64,000 bases of DNA from Antedon mediterranea (taxonomy: Eukaryota > Animalia > Echinodermata): NCBI RefSeq assembly GCF_964355755.1, contig NC_092679.1, forward strand, positions 11,887,432-11,951,431. Reading direction: 5' to 3'. The translations under genes and the position numbers were made by a program. Under the pieces are notes generated by a model that saw only the letters and a list, made by a program, of their open reading frames with translations, was not told the DNA's origin and searched no databases. Of this stretch, positions 52,656-64,000 are shown piece after piece; position 1 is the stretch's first letter; each line of letters begins with the position of its first letter.

Positions 52656-53048
52656 ATTCTATTCTAGTGGGTTGTTTTTAACGAAAATTTTGCATAATAA
52701 TAGAACAATTAGTAATAATTAACGAAGGTGTGAAGTTTCACTGAAATAAAACAATTAAAAAATCCTTCTGTTTCAGTATTTGTGAACATTTTGAAAATTG
52801 TGACGTATGCCATTGTCTGATTTCCCTTGCATCTACCACATTTGAATCAAACAAGTGAAATTCGCTCCCTCTTCATCTTTTGAATTGATTGTGATAACCT
52901 AGTCATATCATGAATGGAAAAACTTGGACATATTTGGTTCTATTTTTTTAATTTAAATTCTGAACTTTGCCAAAATTGCAGTCAAACAAGTAGGACATTT
53001 TGCTATAAAATCCACATTTAAATAAATTATGCCTGTCAATTAATGCTA

Positions 53049-53562
53049 AAGGGGTTGTGAAACATGGCTAGCCTGTGGTTCTTTTTGGGCCAAACTGTGG
53101 TCCGAGGGCGCTAGAAATTTGGCAAGCCTGTGGTCCCAAAGGCGTCAGCATGAAATACGCAGCCAGTCTGTGGTCCGAGGGCGCTAGATAGTTAGGCCAG
53201 CTTGTGGTCCAGAGGGCTCTAGATAACTATTTAACTAAGTAGGCATTATTATGAATAACTAGTAAATATTTATCTTTATATTTTTAAATATTTGGGTATA
53301 GGCCTACCTACTGAAGTCTAGCCTAGGCCTGTGTTGCTTTTCCACAGTTTATCAGGCAAGTGCTTCTTTATCATTCGAGCCAGCTGTGCAAAATAAAAGT
53401 TTGCTTGTAATTTTCTTTTAAAAAAAAGGTATGTAAAAAAAGCTGTGGAAAAGTTATGTATAGCGCCCTTTGGACCACAGGGTGACCGAAATGTCTAGCG
53501 CTTTCGGACCACAGGCTGGCCCAAAAAGAACCACAGACTGGTCATGTGTTTCACGACCCCTG
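53049..53562. mobile_element. hAT-like MITE with long TIRs
   Basis: aggggttgtgaaac...ctgtggttctttttgggcc / ggcccaaaaagaaccacag...gtttcacgacccctg; internal ctgtggtcc repeats. Confidence 0.7.
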
Positions 53563-53869
53563 CTCGTCAAAATGTATAGTACAAGAGTGGTTAGTTTAGA
53601 GTGGTCGTTGTAGTCTATAGAGTTAAGATAAGATTGCCTTGTTCACGTTTTTCTCTTCCTTAGAAAAATAAAACAAACAATAATGATTTCACTATAAAAA
53701 TGTTGTTTTTTTTGTTGAAAACCCATTGTCTATAATTACTGTACAGTTCTTTCAGGAAAATATTGATCCTGATCCACTAATATGATTCAAAAATTATTTT
53801 TACAGTATGCATCATATCACAAAGAAGTGTATAAAAAACTTTGTTATTATTTAAATAAATTGGCAGAAA

Positions 53870-54510
53870 AAGAATAGCCAACAAATTAAAGTGATCTTAT
53901 CTAATTATCTTATGATTTCCAAGAAATCACTCAAAGACTCAACTTTCTCAGAAAGCTCAAGCAAATTTGAGTTGATAATATTTTAATTCTATTTTATTGA
54001 AGTGTTATTTTAAGTATTATATATTTTAGAATTGAAAGTTTTTATGGTAATTTATACTAAAAAAGATTTAAAAAAACATAGATAGACCACATTACATTAC
54101 ACAACGTATCATTAAAGCAGATCTAAAGCCATGTTCACTGATTTACGATATTCTTTCATAATATTATTATCCTTTACATTACTAGTAAAATTTTGAGATT
54201 AGACTATGGCCACCAAAAGCCAATCTATGTAGGCCTAGAACTAGGAGTTCAAATTTGCATTCGAACATGGAATTAAAATGTTTAACAATAACTCTATACT
54301 GTAATTGTTGTTTTGAATTTTAATCATTTTAATCGTTCTAACAGTATTTTAATATTGGCCTATTAACCATATTTTGACATTGGCCTATTGCGTTTAGTCA
54401 GAAATTGGATATATTTTTCTCATAGTTTTATTGTCTTTTATTATCTTAATTATGCCAAACAAAATTAATTTTCATTTTATTAGTGGACATACAATTTTTT
54501 AAATCTTGAA
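53870..54510 (+). mobile_element. Old Rex1/Babar-like LINE 3' relic
   Basis: QRLNFLRKL remnant; tail similar to 47560-47720. Confidence 0.5.
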
Positions 54511-55779
54511 TCTGTTCATTATTTTGTGAATTTTTTCCTGTTTTTCTTGCTTTTATACGCTCTACCATATGAATCAGTCAGTACTTCTATCTTATTTATG
54601 GCCAGTCATTTTACATTTAACAATTTCTTTAAATTGCCTTTAATTGGGTTTTCTTTAATTATTGTTATCATTTACTGGAACTCATGCTATAGTATGACTA
54701 TCATCAGTAGCGTAACGCAGGAGTTTAACACTTTTGCTGGTGTAGCACACCTAAGGAGCCTTCCAATGCTAGGAAGTGGCACTGAGCTACTCATGCTCTG
54801 GGCTTTGGTGTTATAGCATCAACAAAGTATGAAAACAGTAGAGAAAATCAGTAAAACAGCTTACAGAATAATAGGAAAACTAAAGATAGTAAGAAACCCT
54901 AAAGATATTGTAAACAATGCCATAAGTAAAAAATGTTAACTAATTATGTCGGATGAGTATATAACCCTCTCCACCATTACCTTGTAGTAAGTCAGGGCAT
55001 TAGTGTACCCAAGATGGAGAACCAATAGAATGAGGGATTTTACCAAATGTTAACCTTTTTAACTCATTTTTATATTTTTATGTGAATTTTTGAACAAACA
55101 AAAATAATTTCAAACCATGTACATATTTTACTGATGTTTGACCATGAATAAATGAATACTGAATGCTTTGGGGCCCCTGGGGTTAGCTACGCTCATAGTC
55201 GTTAGGCCACTGACTATCATTTTCATTGTGTTATGTTTCAGTTTTGGTGAGCCATCCTTTGAACAATGTATGTATTACTATTTACCTTTTGAGTTATATT
55301 TATTTAATATTTCCTGTATGTACTGATTGGATGATTATTTTATGAGGTGTTTTATTGTGTAGTTCTGATTGGATAGAAAACATACAACATCACCTTTTGG
55401 AGAAATAGTTACAGTGTATAAACTCTAGATTAAAAGCATCCTAATTTATTACCCACTGTACTGTATGCTTACAATACCAGAATCAAATTATTTGTTAGTT
55501 TTACAGGTATGTTTTCAATTGTATAATTGTATTTAATAGGATTGTGGAAACGGAGTGGAGGATAATATTAGGCAGTGTTGAAGGCAACTGGCCAACCTAC
55601 CACATAATGCTTACAATGAGCTGTAATTAAACCGCTCATTCTCCACATTAAAAAAGTTTAGATATTTATTTCATGCAACTGACAGCGAGAAAACTACAAG
55701 ATGGATATTATCCATTTAAAACTATAATTTAAAACTATTTTATAATGTATTATTATGCTTTACAGTAAAGTACTGTATG

Positions 55780-55916
55780 AACCCAGTCTCATTTGAGGGA
55801 GGGAGTTATAACCGTCACAAGGTCAGGATTAGCCAGTGTCACTAGGTCAGGATTGAACCCTGTACCTTTGGGATTGGAAGGCAAACACATTTAGCACCAA
55901 GCTAAAGCTCCACTAC
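55780..55916 (-). mobile_element. tRNA-derived SINE head
   Basis: Minus strand gtagtggagctttagcttggtgctaa...GGTTCAATCC; related degenerate copy at ~14690-14758. Confidence 0.55.
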
Positions 55917-57233
55917 AAAAGTAGATGAATATAGGACAAACCTTTTACCCAAGTTGTTTTAATCATGGAGATTCTGTACTCCATGTTCTAATTAACACTT
56001 TATTACACAACAGGGTATCGTACACCTGATCCACTTAATCATTAAACCTGGTTAGGGTCATCATTGTACTGTAGCTATGTAGTAATTTAGCTGTCATTAA
56101 ACCTTACTGATTCATTTTGTGATTACTGTAACTTTGGGTTATGTTCACACAAACCCAAGCTCGATTACTGAGAATCAAGAATGAGCATGATTTATTCTAT
56201 CCTAAAACAAATACTATCAAGTAAAAAAATTTAAAGTACACTTGATTCATCGATACTGACGCCCTTCTCCGTGGATGTCGTGAATGCATCTGTGTTTATA
56301 ACCTACCCTTGATTATTTTTGTTTTTATTTGCCAGAAAGTAGCATAAAAATTATGGGATTAAATTTTAAATTACACATACAGTACTAAAAGACACTTGTT
56401 AAAACTAGAAATGCAATTTTTGTACCAGCATTGGTCACATACTGATTTAAAGGTACCATGTTTTTAATTTGAGAGTATCACATAGCGACCTTTTATAATT
56501 TGATGGTGGATACAGTAAATACTAAAACCCACTTAATCGATTTAAATTCTATGTGGGTCGAATCAACCAATGCCGAGTACGGATAACATCAGTAAAATAA
56601 ACACCCAACTCAAATTCATTATGAAAGTGGCCCATTTAAGACCAAGTACTATGTATGATCTTCAGAATTCGAGTCAACAATTTGAGTCAATAGATATTTT
56701 GTGTTTCAAAGTATATAACAACAATCATAGATTGGTGCAGTAGGAAGAGGGTTTGTAAGGTCCTTTTGATGTAAGGGCATGTAAAAGGAAGTACTCCAAA
56801 ATGTACTATAAACTTCAATAAGTTATCTTGTTAAGGGTCAAACACCAAATTAGTATGTGTTTTTGTTTCAACTGCAAGTATACAATAAGTGGGTGTCTTT
56901 CAATAAACAAACAAGAAGCAACAAAGTACTGACTTTCTTCCTAATTCTACATCCTTTGATTTTGGTAGCAAATTTAAATGCATAACAGTTAAGTGTTATG
57001 TTATGTATACCCATTATAATAAAACCCCATTGTAAAACATTTTGACACTAGACCTACGTTTTTTGACATAATTTAATTCACACACTACATTTTATGTAAA
57101 AATAAATACTTTATAGACCTAATTGCAATAATCTTTTTTCGTCTTTAAATGGTTAAAAATGTGAAATATATAATTGATTCTAATAATGTTAGCGGCCCGC
57201 TATAAAATCCTAACAGCGCGCACGAATTGATAT

Positions 57234-57453
57234 CGAGTCTTCTCGGATAAGGACTATAAACCGTAGGTCCAGTGTACACAACTTGCTCGTGTGCACTTTA
57301 AAGAACCTAGTACATCTTTCGAGACGAGTAGGGGGTTACCCCGGTGTAGTAGTACATCACAGCCACTGATCACCAACTGGGCCCTCTGGGAGATCAGTCT
57401 TTGACTGAAGAGGTCACCCAGTATAAAGATAAAACAAACAAAACAAACAAACA
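57234..57453 (+). mobile_element. 5'-truncated Deu-core SINE
   Basis: Core near-identical to the 30433-30545 segment, different 3' tail ending in (caaa)n; an inverted fragment lies at ~57735-57870. Confidence 0.85.
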
Positions 57454-57964
57454 ATTTTCATATTGTGATGTGATGCACCCACTACGATTGATCGCGTGAA
57501 AGGGTAAACAAATAAAAGAACCATAATTTTTTAGCAAATATACCAGGTGTATACTTGTTTTAACGGATTCTGCCAAAAAAGAAAAGACAAGCTACTTTTA
57601 GTGCATTGTTTTTATCATAATTAACCTTAGAACGCACATTTAAGACAAGAAATGACCAGGTTTAATGTTTTTAAAGTTATATAAATGTATTATTTTCAAA
57701 ATGTCAAAAATTGCAGGTCTAGTTTTTTTTTCTTTAAACTGGGTGACCTCTTCAGAAGTCACAAGACTGTTCTCCCAGAGAACCCAGTTTAACAGACTGC
57801 AGGTACGATGTGAATGACAGTGTGTGCACTACAGTACCGTAGTACACCGGGGCAACCCCCTACTCCTCTCAAAAAAGATCATATAAAATTACGAATAAAA
57901 TAAATCGAACATAGACAAAAATATAAACTAGATTTAATTCGTCACTATGACGAATTATAGGTTA

Positions 57965-60230
57965 CTAGAGGGTGAGCTCGCTTCGCTCGCTCCCCCTCTA
58001 GGAAGTGTAGACGATGGTTCTCGGAATGATAATGTTCTCCTTATACATTTTCTGTCGGTTACCATTATTGAAAATGCTTGACATTCGTAAAACTAAACTA
58101 CTTTGTTTCACAGTGTTTTAGATGATTAATAACATTTTAAAGTATAATTTTTATTGTTTGGTAGGGCCCTTTGGGGAGGCGGAGGTCATTTGAGGGAGGT
58201 GCTTATTCGAGGGATATACCGTATGTTAAATTTTTTAGTTCTAATAATATGGTAACATTTATAATCAAATGAAATCCTCTCATAGATATGAAAAGTGGTA
58301 AAAAAGAATAACAAATGCTTGGTAAATTACAGATAACAGTGCGGTGAATTCTACTACAAATAGTATAATTGTGTTATTATAAATATGTGGATGGACGTTT
58401 ATTAGATAGTTGGGTTGTGGGGGGGGGGGGGGTTATTATTCAAAGTGATGTTTTATTGGAGAGGCGTTTATTCAAATGAATACCATCCTAATAATTATTA
58501 ATACATTATTTAATTTAATCATCTTTTGAAACTAACTGCCGTGACAGAGTGGGCCCAAGAAAGAAGACATTACGGCATTACGGCTTGCAACATGGGCAGA
58601 CATCTCGGTCCTAACGGGACACAGGAAGATAGCCTACAGTTATTCCTGCAAGCTTACTCAATAAAACTCAGCTATCGGGATTTCACTCGAAAAATGTCTT
58701 ATCAAATCTCCCTATGTAATTTTATAATACTATTCCCCACAATATATTCTGATTCTTTATGGCGTATATTTAATTTGATCTTTATTAATTTGCAGTATAA
58801 TTCCTATTATTTAACTACTGTACCTTCACACACGTGTGGTATGTTTTAAAATAAACAAAAAACTGAAATGGCTATGATTAATGGCCAATTTTTTTTTCGT
58901 CTTCCAAAGGGCCCGTTTCTGCTGCCAACCCAAAATATACCGTATAAATATACCGTATAAATATACCATATAAATATACCGTATATGAAATTCGTGCACC
59001 GTTTCCGCTGCACATACTTCGTGGGTGGGTTGTAAAAAAGTTGGCTTTCATTACCCAAAATGCATTTCGTGAGACGGAAGTATGGATTGACCTCGTGTAG
59101 TGAGGTTTTTACCTACCGGTACATGCTGACAAAAACAAAACAATGATGGTTTCTCAAAACGTCGTAGCATTGCTTTCTATTTTAAATCTAATGAGCAGAA
59201 GTAGCAACGAATTTACACCGCACATACAAGCACAATCTAGAAATGTCACTATAAATAAACTCTGTTATTCAAATTGAGTTTATATTATGCTATATTATCC
59301 TATATTGCCGTTTTAATTTCCATTTTCTATTATACAGTATTTTACCATGATTTTACATCACGTTGTGTAAGAACATTCGATTTATTGTAATTAAAATCTT
59401 GGTATCGCTTCTGTTGCCATGCAGTCTCCCCCCAACCTTCGCTTCCCCCCACAATTGAATTGCAAAAATAGTGATTTGTTCGGTCCACAGTGACATTTTG
59501 ATCTGTTGCTTGCTTTTACACGTGTGTTTCAACTTTCAATGCAGCAGAAAAACCAAAACAAACGCGTCGCGCTCTGTTAGTTTTTGACCTCGTGTCATGA
59601 GTCGGGTCACATTTACGGTATATTTTGAGTGCAGCAGAAACGGGGAACGAAATATACGGTATATTTTGGAATATACCGTATAATATCCACAAACGATGGG
59701 GATATTTATGCAGTATATATACCGCAAATATATACGGTATATTTTTTATGAGACCCATTTCTGCTGCCAAAAAATATACCGTATATAAAATATACCGTAT
59801 ATATACGGTATATTTTTGGCAGCAGAAACGGGGCCATAGGGACACTGTATTGATTGATGGAAAGTGCCTGTTTCCAGTCACCTTTAAGGTCAAATCTATT
59901 ATTTTAACTGCTCCCTTGTGTATAAAAGAGAGAAAATATTTGTAACTAAGTTGAACTTATCTTAAACCCGGAAATTACTTTGACCGGGAAGAATTGAAAT
60001 TGAGAGGAAAATTCAATGTTGAAATCATAAATGTTGTTAAAAAACTCTTTATAACATCTTCCTAAGATATAAATATGGAACAATAGCGTCGGCGTGCACA
60101 TTAATGTTATCAAATCTACGTTTCGCGGTACATCTCGGATAGATAAGGTAGGTATCCAAGACGGAGATTTGTACCGAAGTTTTTGCATTGTGCTCGCCTA
60201 TGTCAGAATTAACCATAATTTATATATAGA
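57965..60230 (-). mobile_element. Non-autonomous Helitron, copy 2, with internal insertions
   Basis: Same termini and body as 26366-27361, plus inserts at 58909-59835 and 59941-60187. Confidence 0.85.
58909..59835. mobile_element. TIR element (Harbinger/ISL2EU-like) nested in the Helitron
   Basis: gggcccgtttctgctgccaa ... ttggcagcagaaacggggcc; many aatataccgtat subterminal repeats. Confidence 0.75.
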
Positions 60231-61079
60231 TATGCATTGATTAAAATAAAGATAATTGATTGATTGAAGATATATTGATTGATTGATTTTCTCAGAATCT
60301 TTAATTATTTATAATATATGATAGGATCTTGCTAACGCAAATACAATAGCCAGTATCATAATCCGATCAAAGATCCTTCTGCCTATATAATGTCATAAAC
60401 CACATTTGTTACATAATAATAAAGACATAAATTACTTTTTATCTAGATTTCATTATAAATCATGTGTATAATCTATACACTAAGAAATAAAATTGAACAA
60501 ACAATAAGGATAATTAAAAAAAATCTCATTTCATTTCGTTTCCCAAGGTGAGACTCGATCTCGGTACCTTGAACGCCATAGACACGCACCACCGAGCCAT
60601 CCACAACTGACTACAGTTGTAGAAAGATTCCTTTGTGTATTTACTATGCAGTAACCACTTTGGTGCAGATAGATTATTACATACCGCAATGAATTTTAAT
60701 TTTTTACAATGATGAAATCTTTAAAAATTAAAAAAAGTGATGCACTGTCAAACTATATACTTTTAACTTTTTAATATATGAACTTTTGAAGGAAGAAAGT
60801 TAATGTTAAGTTTGTTATTTTGGCCTACGAAAATGTCATAATTTTTTTAATTTAAAATGCAATTAATGATGACCATATCAACTTTTGTTCTCTTAATCTC
60901 ATAATAAATCATACATATGATACATACACTTCAAGAAAATGAAATAAAAAATAAAAGTTCCCGAGCATTCTGACGATCTATATTAATTTTAAAATTTAGC
61001 ATATTTTCACCATTTTGTTAACAATTTTGCGTTAAAAAGTGAATAAAATATGATGATATTATTAAAGAATGGTTGTACA

Positions 61080-61570
61080 ACAAAAACCGGACAAAAATAG
61101 TGTGCAATAACGTTTAGCGCGCAGTTCGTGTGAAAAAATCTGCGCACTCATGACAATTTTTTAAACGCCTAAAATTGCCTGAAACGTACTCTAATTTCAT
61201 CAAAAATAAATTTAGATAATTTTGAAAATGTTAAGCGTGTGATATATGCGCTACACACGTAATTGTATTGCAATATGATGAAATATGACCTGAAATATAA
61301 GAGTACCAAATTTTGTTTAAAAGTGATTCATGATTGTGAAGATATGATTACATTACAAACGTGATTTCGTTAAATCGCGTATAGACCGCGTAATTTTTGA
61401 TTGCGCACGGTGGCCATAAGGAATATACTCTGAAAAATTGACTTAGCTAGATGAAACTGATATCAAGATAATTCATGGACAAAATAGTGCTAAGGAAAGA
61501 ATAAATAAATAAATAAATAAAGATCCTGACAGAATCAAGAGGTTATATGCATGATAATGCATATAACCTA
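61080..61570 (+). mobile_element. DINE-1/HINE-like element
   Basis: Core homologous to 31890-32265; (taaa)n tract and 3' hairpin aggttatatgcat...atgcatataacct. Confidence 0.65.
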
Positions 61571-61925
61571 AAAACACTATCGTAAACATATAAAAAATAT
61601 ACAAAATATATTAGCAGTATATACAGTTATAACAAATTACATTTTCAATCTATCGTTTAATATTTGTGTTATATAATGGTAAGAATTTAGAACAAATGAC
61701 TTTCGAAGACGATCATGATCTCCTCTTAATGGATGTTTGGCTACTATGTATTACATTGCTATTTCTTCTCTAGGCCACTTACTCGCTTTTTACATTTTGT
61801 GATGTTTTTTTTTTTATAGATATTAATGTCTTCTGGAAAACCAATTACATGATATACTAAGCTTCTAAAGGAAGGGAAGTTGACACACCTGGAAATTTAC
61901 CACAGAAAGAACTTTACTATCAATC

Positions 61926-63803
61926 ATGAGCTTCCAAGCGCCATATGCAATAATGCATTTCTTAGTCATTCTAACAACTCATCTTATTCTTGTGGCAACT
62001 CTGGAGGCTGATATAGCCAAAAGGAAACCAAATATTGTTATTTTATTAGCAGATGACATTGGCTATGGTGATGTCGGTTGCTTTGGTAATACAAGCCTTA
62101 ATACACCGCATATTGACAGTCTAGCTAGAGATGGAGCGAAGCTTACACATCATTTAGTAACACCATTGTGCTCTCCAAGTCGAGCAGGTTTATTGACTGG
62201 CAGATATCCGATACGTTCAGGTTTGAATTATTATTTTATTTATAAATATTACTCTATAATTTGATTATTTCTGGCCGTACTAGTTCAAGTGAAAATATTG
62301 ACTGATAATAATAAACTGTGTCCATAAAGGCAATACCATATTGAAATACCGGTTTTCATTAGATCACTGAAGTTAGGCCCGCTTCATAAAGGTCTTCAAA
62401 ATAAATTCATTAATACTATGAAAATCAAAAACATATTATATTATAAGAACTAAGACCGTCAACTAGCTGATTCCAGCGGGGAAGGCAGAAAAAGGCTTTC
62501 TATAAAAAATAATGTTTTTTTGTGAACATGTACTTTTTGATAAATTATACTGTAGTTTTTTTTAAACATTTGTTTTATTCAACTCCATTATTTTACATTC
62601 TTACATTGATGTGCTCAATATTCTGGAATGCAATGCAAATATAGTGGTTTGTTGGTATATATGTTGAATCCTTGTATAAAGAAAATGTGTTAAAAAAAGT
62701 AAAAAGTATCATTGATGATGAATTCTGGCATAAGACTACGTGCACTTAATACCAAAACAAAACGGTTTAGGTGCTCGTTTGTACCTAATGCTATACACTT
62801 ATATAACTCCAGAGTACAAAGGTAAAATGTAACCGATAATTTTTATCTAATTTTAACAATTTTTAGCCTCTTAACTTTTTGTGTGTGTTTTTGTAAATTG
62901 TATTTTATATTTTTGTATTTTGCCAGTTTTCAAATCACATTTCTGTTTTTTAAATGGACAATAAAGTATATATGACTATATGACTATGACTATGACTATA
63001 TGATTAGCATAGTTGCATCCATATTGTATAGTCATCATGATAACTAGCTTATTGAGCTGTGATTGCGTTGATATTTATCCTACTTCTTAAAGATGTATTG
63101 TCCCCCTGAAATTTTTTTTTTGTGTGAAATGTGCCAATGCCATTTTTAATGTTAAATTTTCACTTGGACCAAAAATTGGATTGGAAAATTTTTTTTTATT
63201 ATAACTCAATTTCAAAGCAAAGATAGTCAAATTGTCTGACAATGGGTTTTTGGTTAAATTTAACTATTTCTAACAATTATTCGTGTTTTTGGGGACAATA
63301 ATATTTAACTGATATTATGTTTATGATTAAAATGCATTCACAAAACTACACGTTTCAGAAAATTATCTACAGCATAGAGGTCACTCCTATGGTGTCTATA
63401 CAGTAGTTGACTATATATAATATTGTTTTCATCCTTAACATCTTTGAATTTTATGTTGGTGTGATATACATACACAGGGATGGTAGCTTACAGTATTATA
63501 CGTGTAGTGTCGTTCGTGTCAGCCAAAGCTGGCTTACCAGCCAATGAAACAACCATTGCAGAATTGGCACAGAGCATGTCATATAATACTGCCTTGATTG
63601 GTAAGTAGTTCGACACACATTCATTGTGTTTAAGTTTTGTTTGACGTGTCTTTCAGTTTTACTCTTACTCTTATTTTCAGGCATGGCATCATTAAATATG
63701 TTGAGGATAGTACCTTTCCTTAGTAGTGATTCAGGGCTACCGCCCAATGAAAGTACTCTTGCCGAGTTATCTTTAACCGCAGGCTATAATACTGGTTTGA
63801 TTG
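61926..63803 (+). CDS. Steryl-sulfatase/arylsulfatase-family protein (STS/ARSD-H-like), 3'-incomplete
   Basis: Signal peptide, [17 protein letters not shown], formylglycine motif [18 protein letters not shown]. First coding exon 61926-62220 (acceptor at 61819, phase-1 donor 62221). Next exon is 63478-63600 or 63681-63803. Confidence 0.92.
62320..62377 (+). pseudogene. 5S rRNA-derived 5' fragment (pseudogene or SINE3 head)
   Basis: ggcaataccatattgaaataccggttttcattagatcactgaagtta resembles the 5' half of animal 5S rRNA as recalled (GGCCATACCAC.TTGAA..CACCG.TTCTCGTCCGATCACCGAAGTTAA). Confidence 0.55.
62662..63000 (+). mobile_element. Short 3' copy of the same Rex1/Babar-like LINE
   Basis: Near-identical to 48929-49293, including the (GACTAT)n tail. 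Confidence 0.9.
63478..63600 (+). CDS. Sulfatase alternative exon A
   Basis: cag|[42 protein letters not shown]|gtaagt, 123 nt, phase 1-1. Confidence 0.85.
63681..63803 (+). CDS. Sulfatase alternative exon B
   Basis: ttttcag|[42 protein letters not shown]|gtgagt, 123 nt, phase 1-1. Confidence 0.88.
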
Positions 63804-64000
63804 GTGAGTGGTGATGGTAATTATCATTGCTGGGCCTGCCATATGCTGTTTTTCATAACGTAACGCTTCAATTAGCATGCTTTTGTCTAATTTTTTCATT
63901 TCTGATTTTTTATTTCATAGTTTATATTGCGATTTAATAGATTATCACATGATTTTCATTTAATTTGGTGTTTTTTTCTATACAAATATTAATCAAATCA

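Noticed and set aside
58526-59945. ORFs of 100-125 aa at 58526-58849, 59516-59893 and 59625-59945
   Set aside because: They lie in non-autonomous Helitron/TIR sequence, show no recognisable domain, and the 58526 frame is not conserved in the second Helitron copy.

Overview
AT-rich eukaryotic genomic DNA with spliceosomal introns. The HYR/C-type-lectin gene, Deu-domain SINEs and TAGGCCTA-rich introns suggest an invertebrate deuterostome such as an echinoderm, which is inference only. (1) A minus-strand gene starts at ATG 35953 and runs off the left edge. I assembled 45 GT-AG exons by hand, all internal ones phase 1-1, giving more than 3,500 aa: a signal peptide, 7 C-type lectin (CTL) domains interleaved with HYR domains, then a long HYR array (at least 31 HYR in total). 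The array includes a recent ~1.78-kb four-exon tandem amplification. (2) A plus-strand steryl-/aryl-sulfatase gene (ATG 61926, CSPSR motif) runs off the right edge. Its next coding exon is present as two tandem 123-nt paralogues, which are candidate mutually exclusive exons. (3) Introns and the intergenic region are full of TEs: Helitrons, Helentron/DINE-like elements, Kolobok-, piggyBac-, MULE-, hAT- and Harbinger-like MITEs, Deu-SINEs, LINE relics and a 53-bp minisatellite. There are also tiny CA..TG hairpins flanked by 7-bp duplications that look like P-element excision footprints. No prokaryotic features or CRISPR arrays were seen. Coordinates were read by eye, so TE ends may be off by a few bases.
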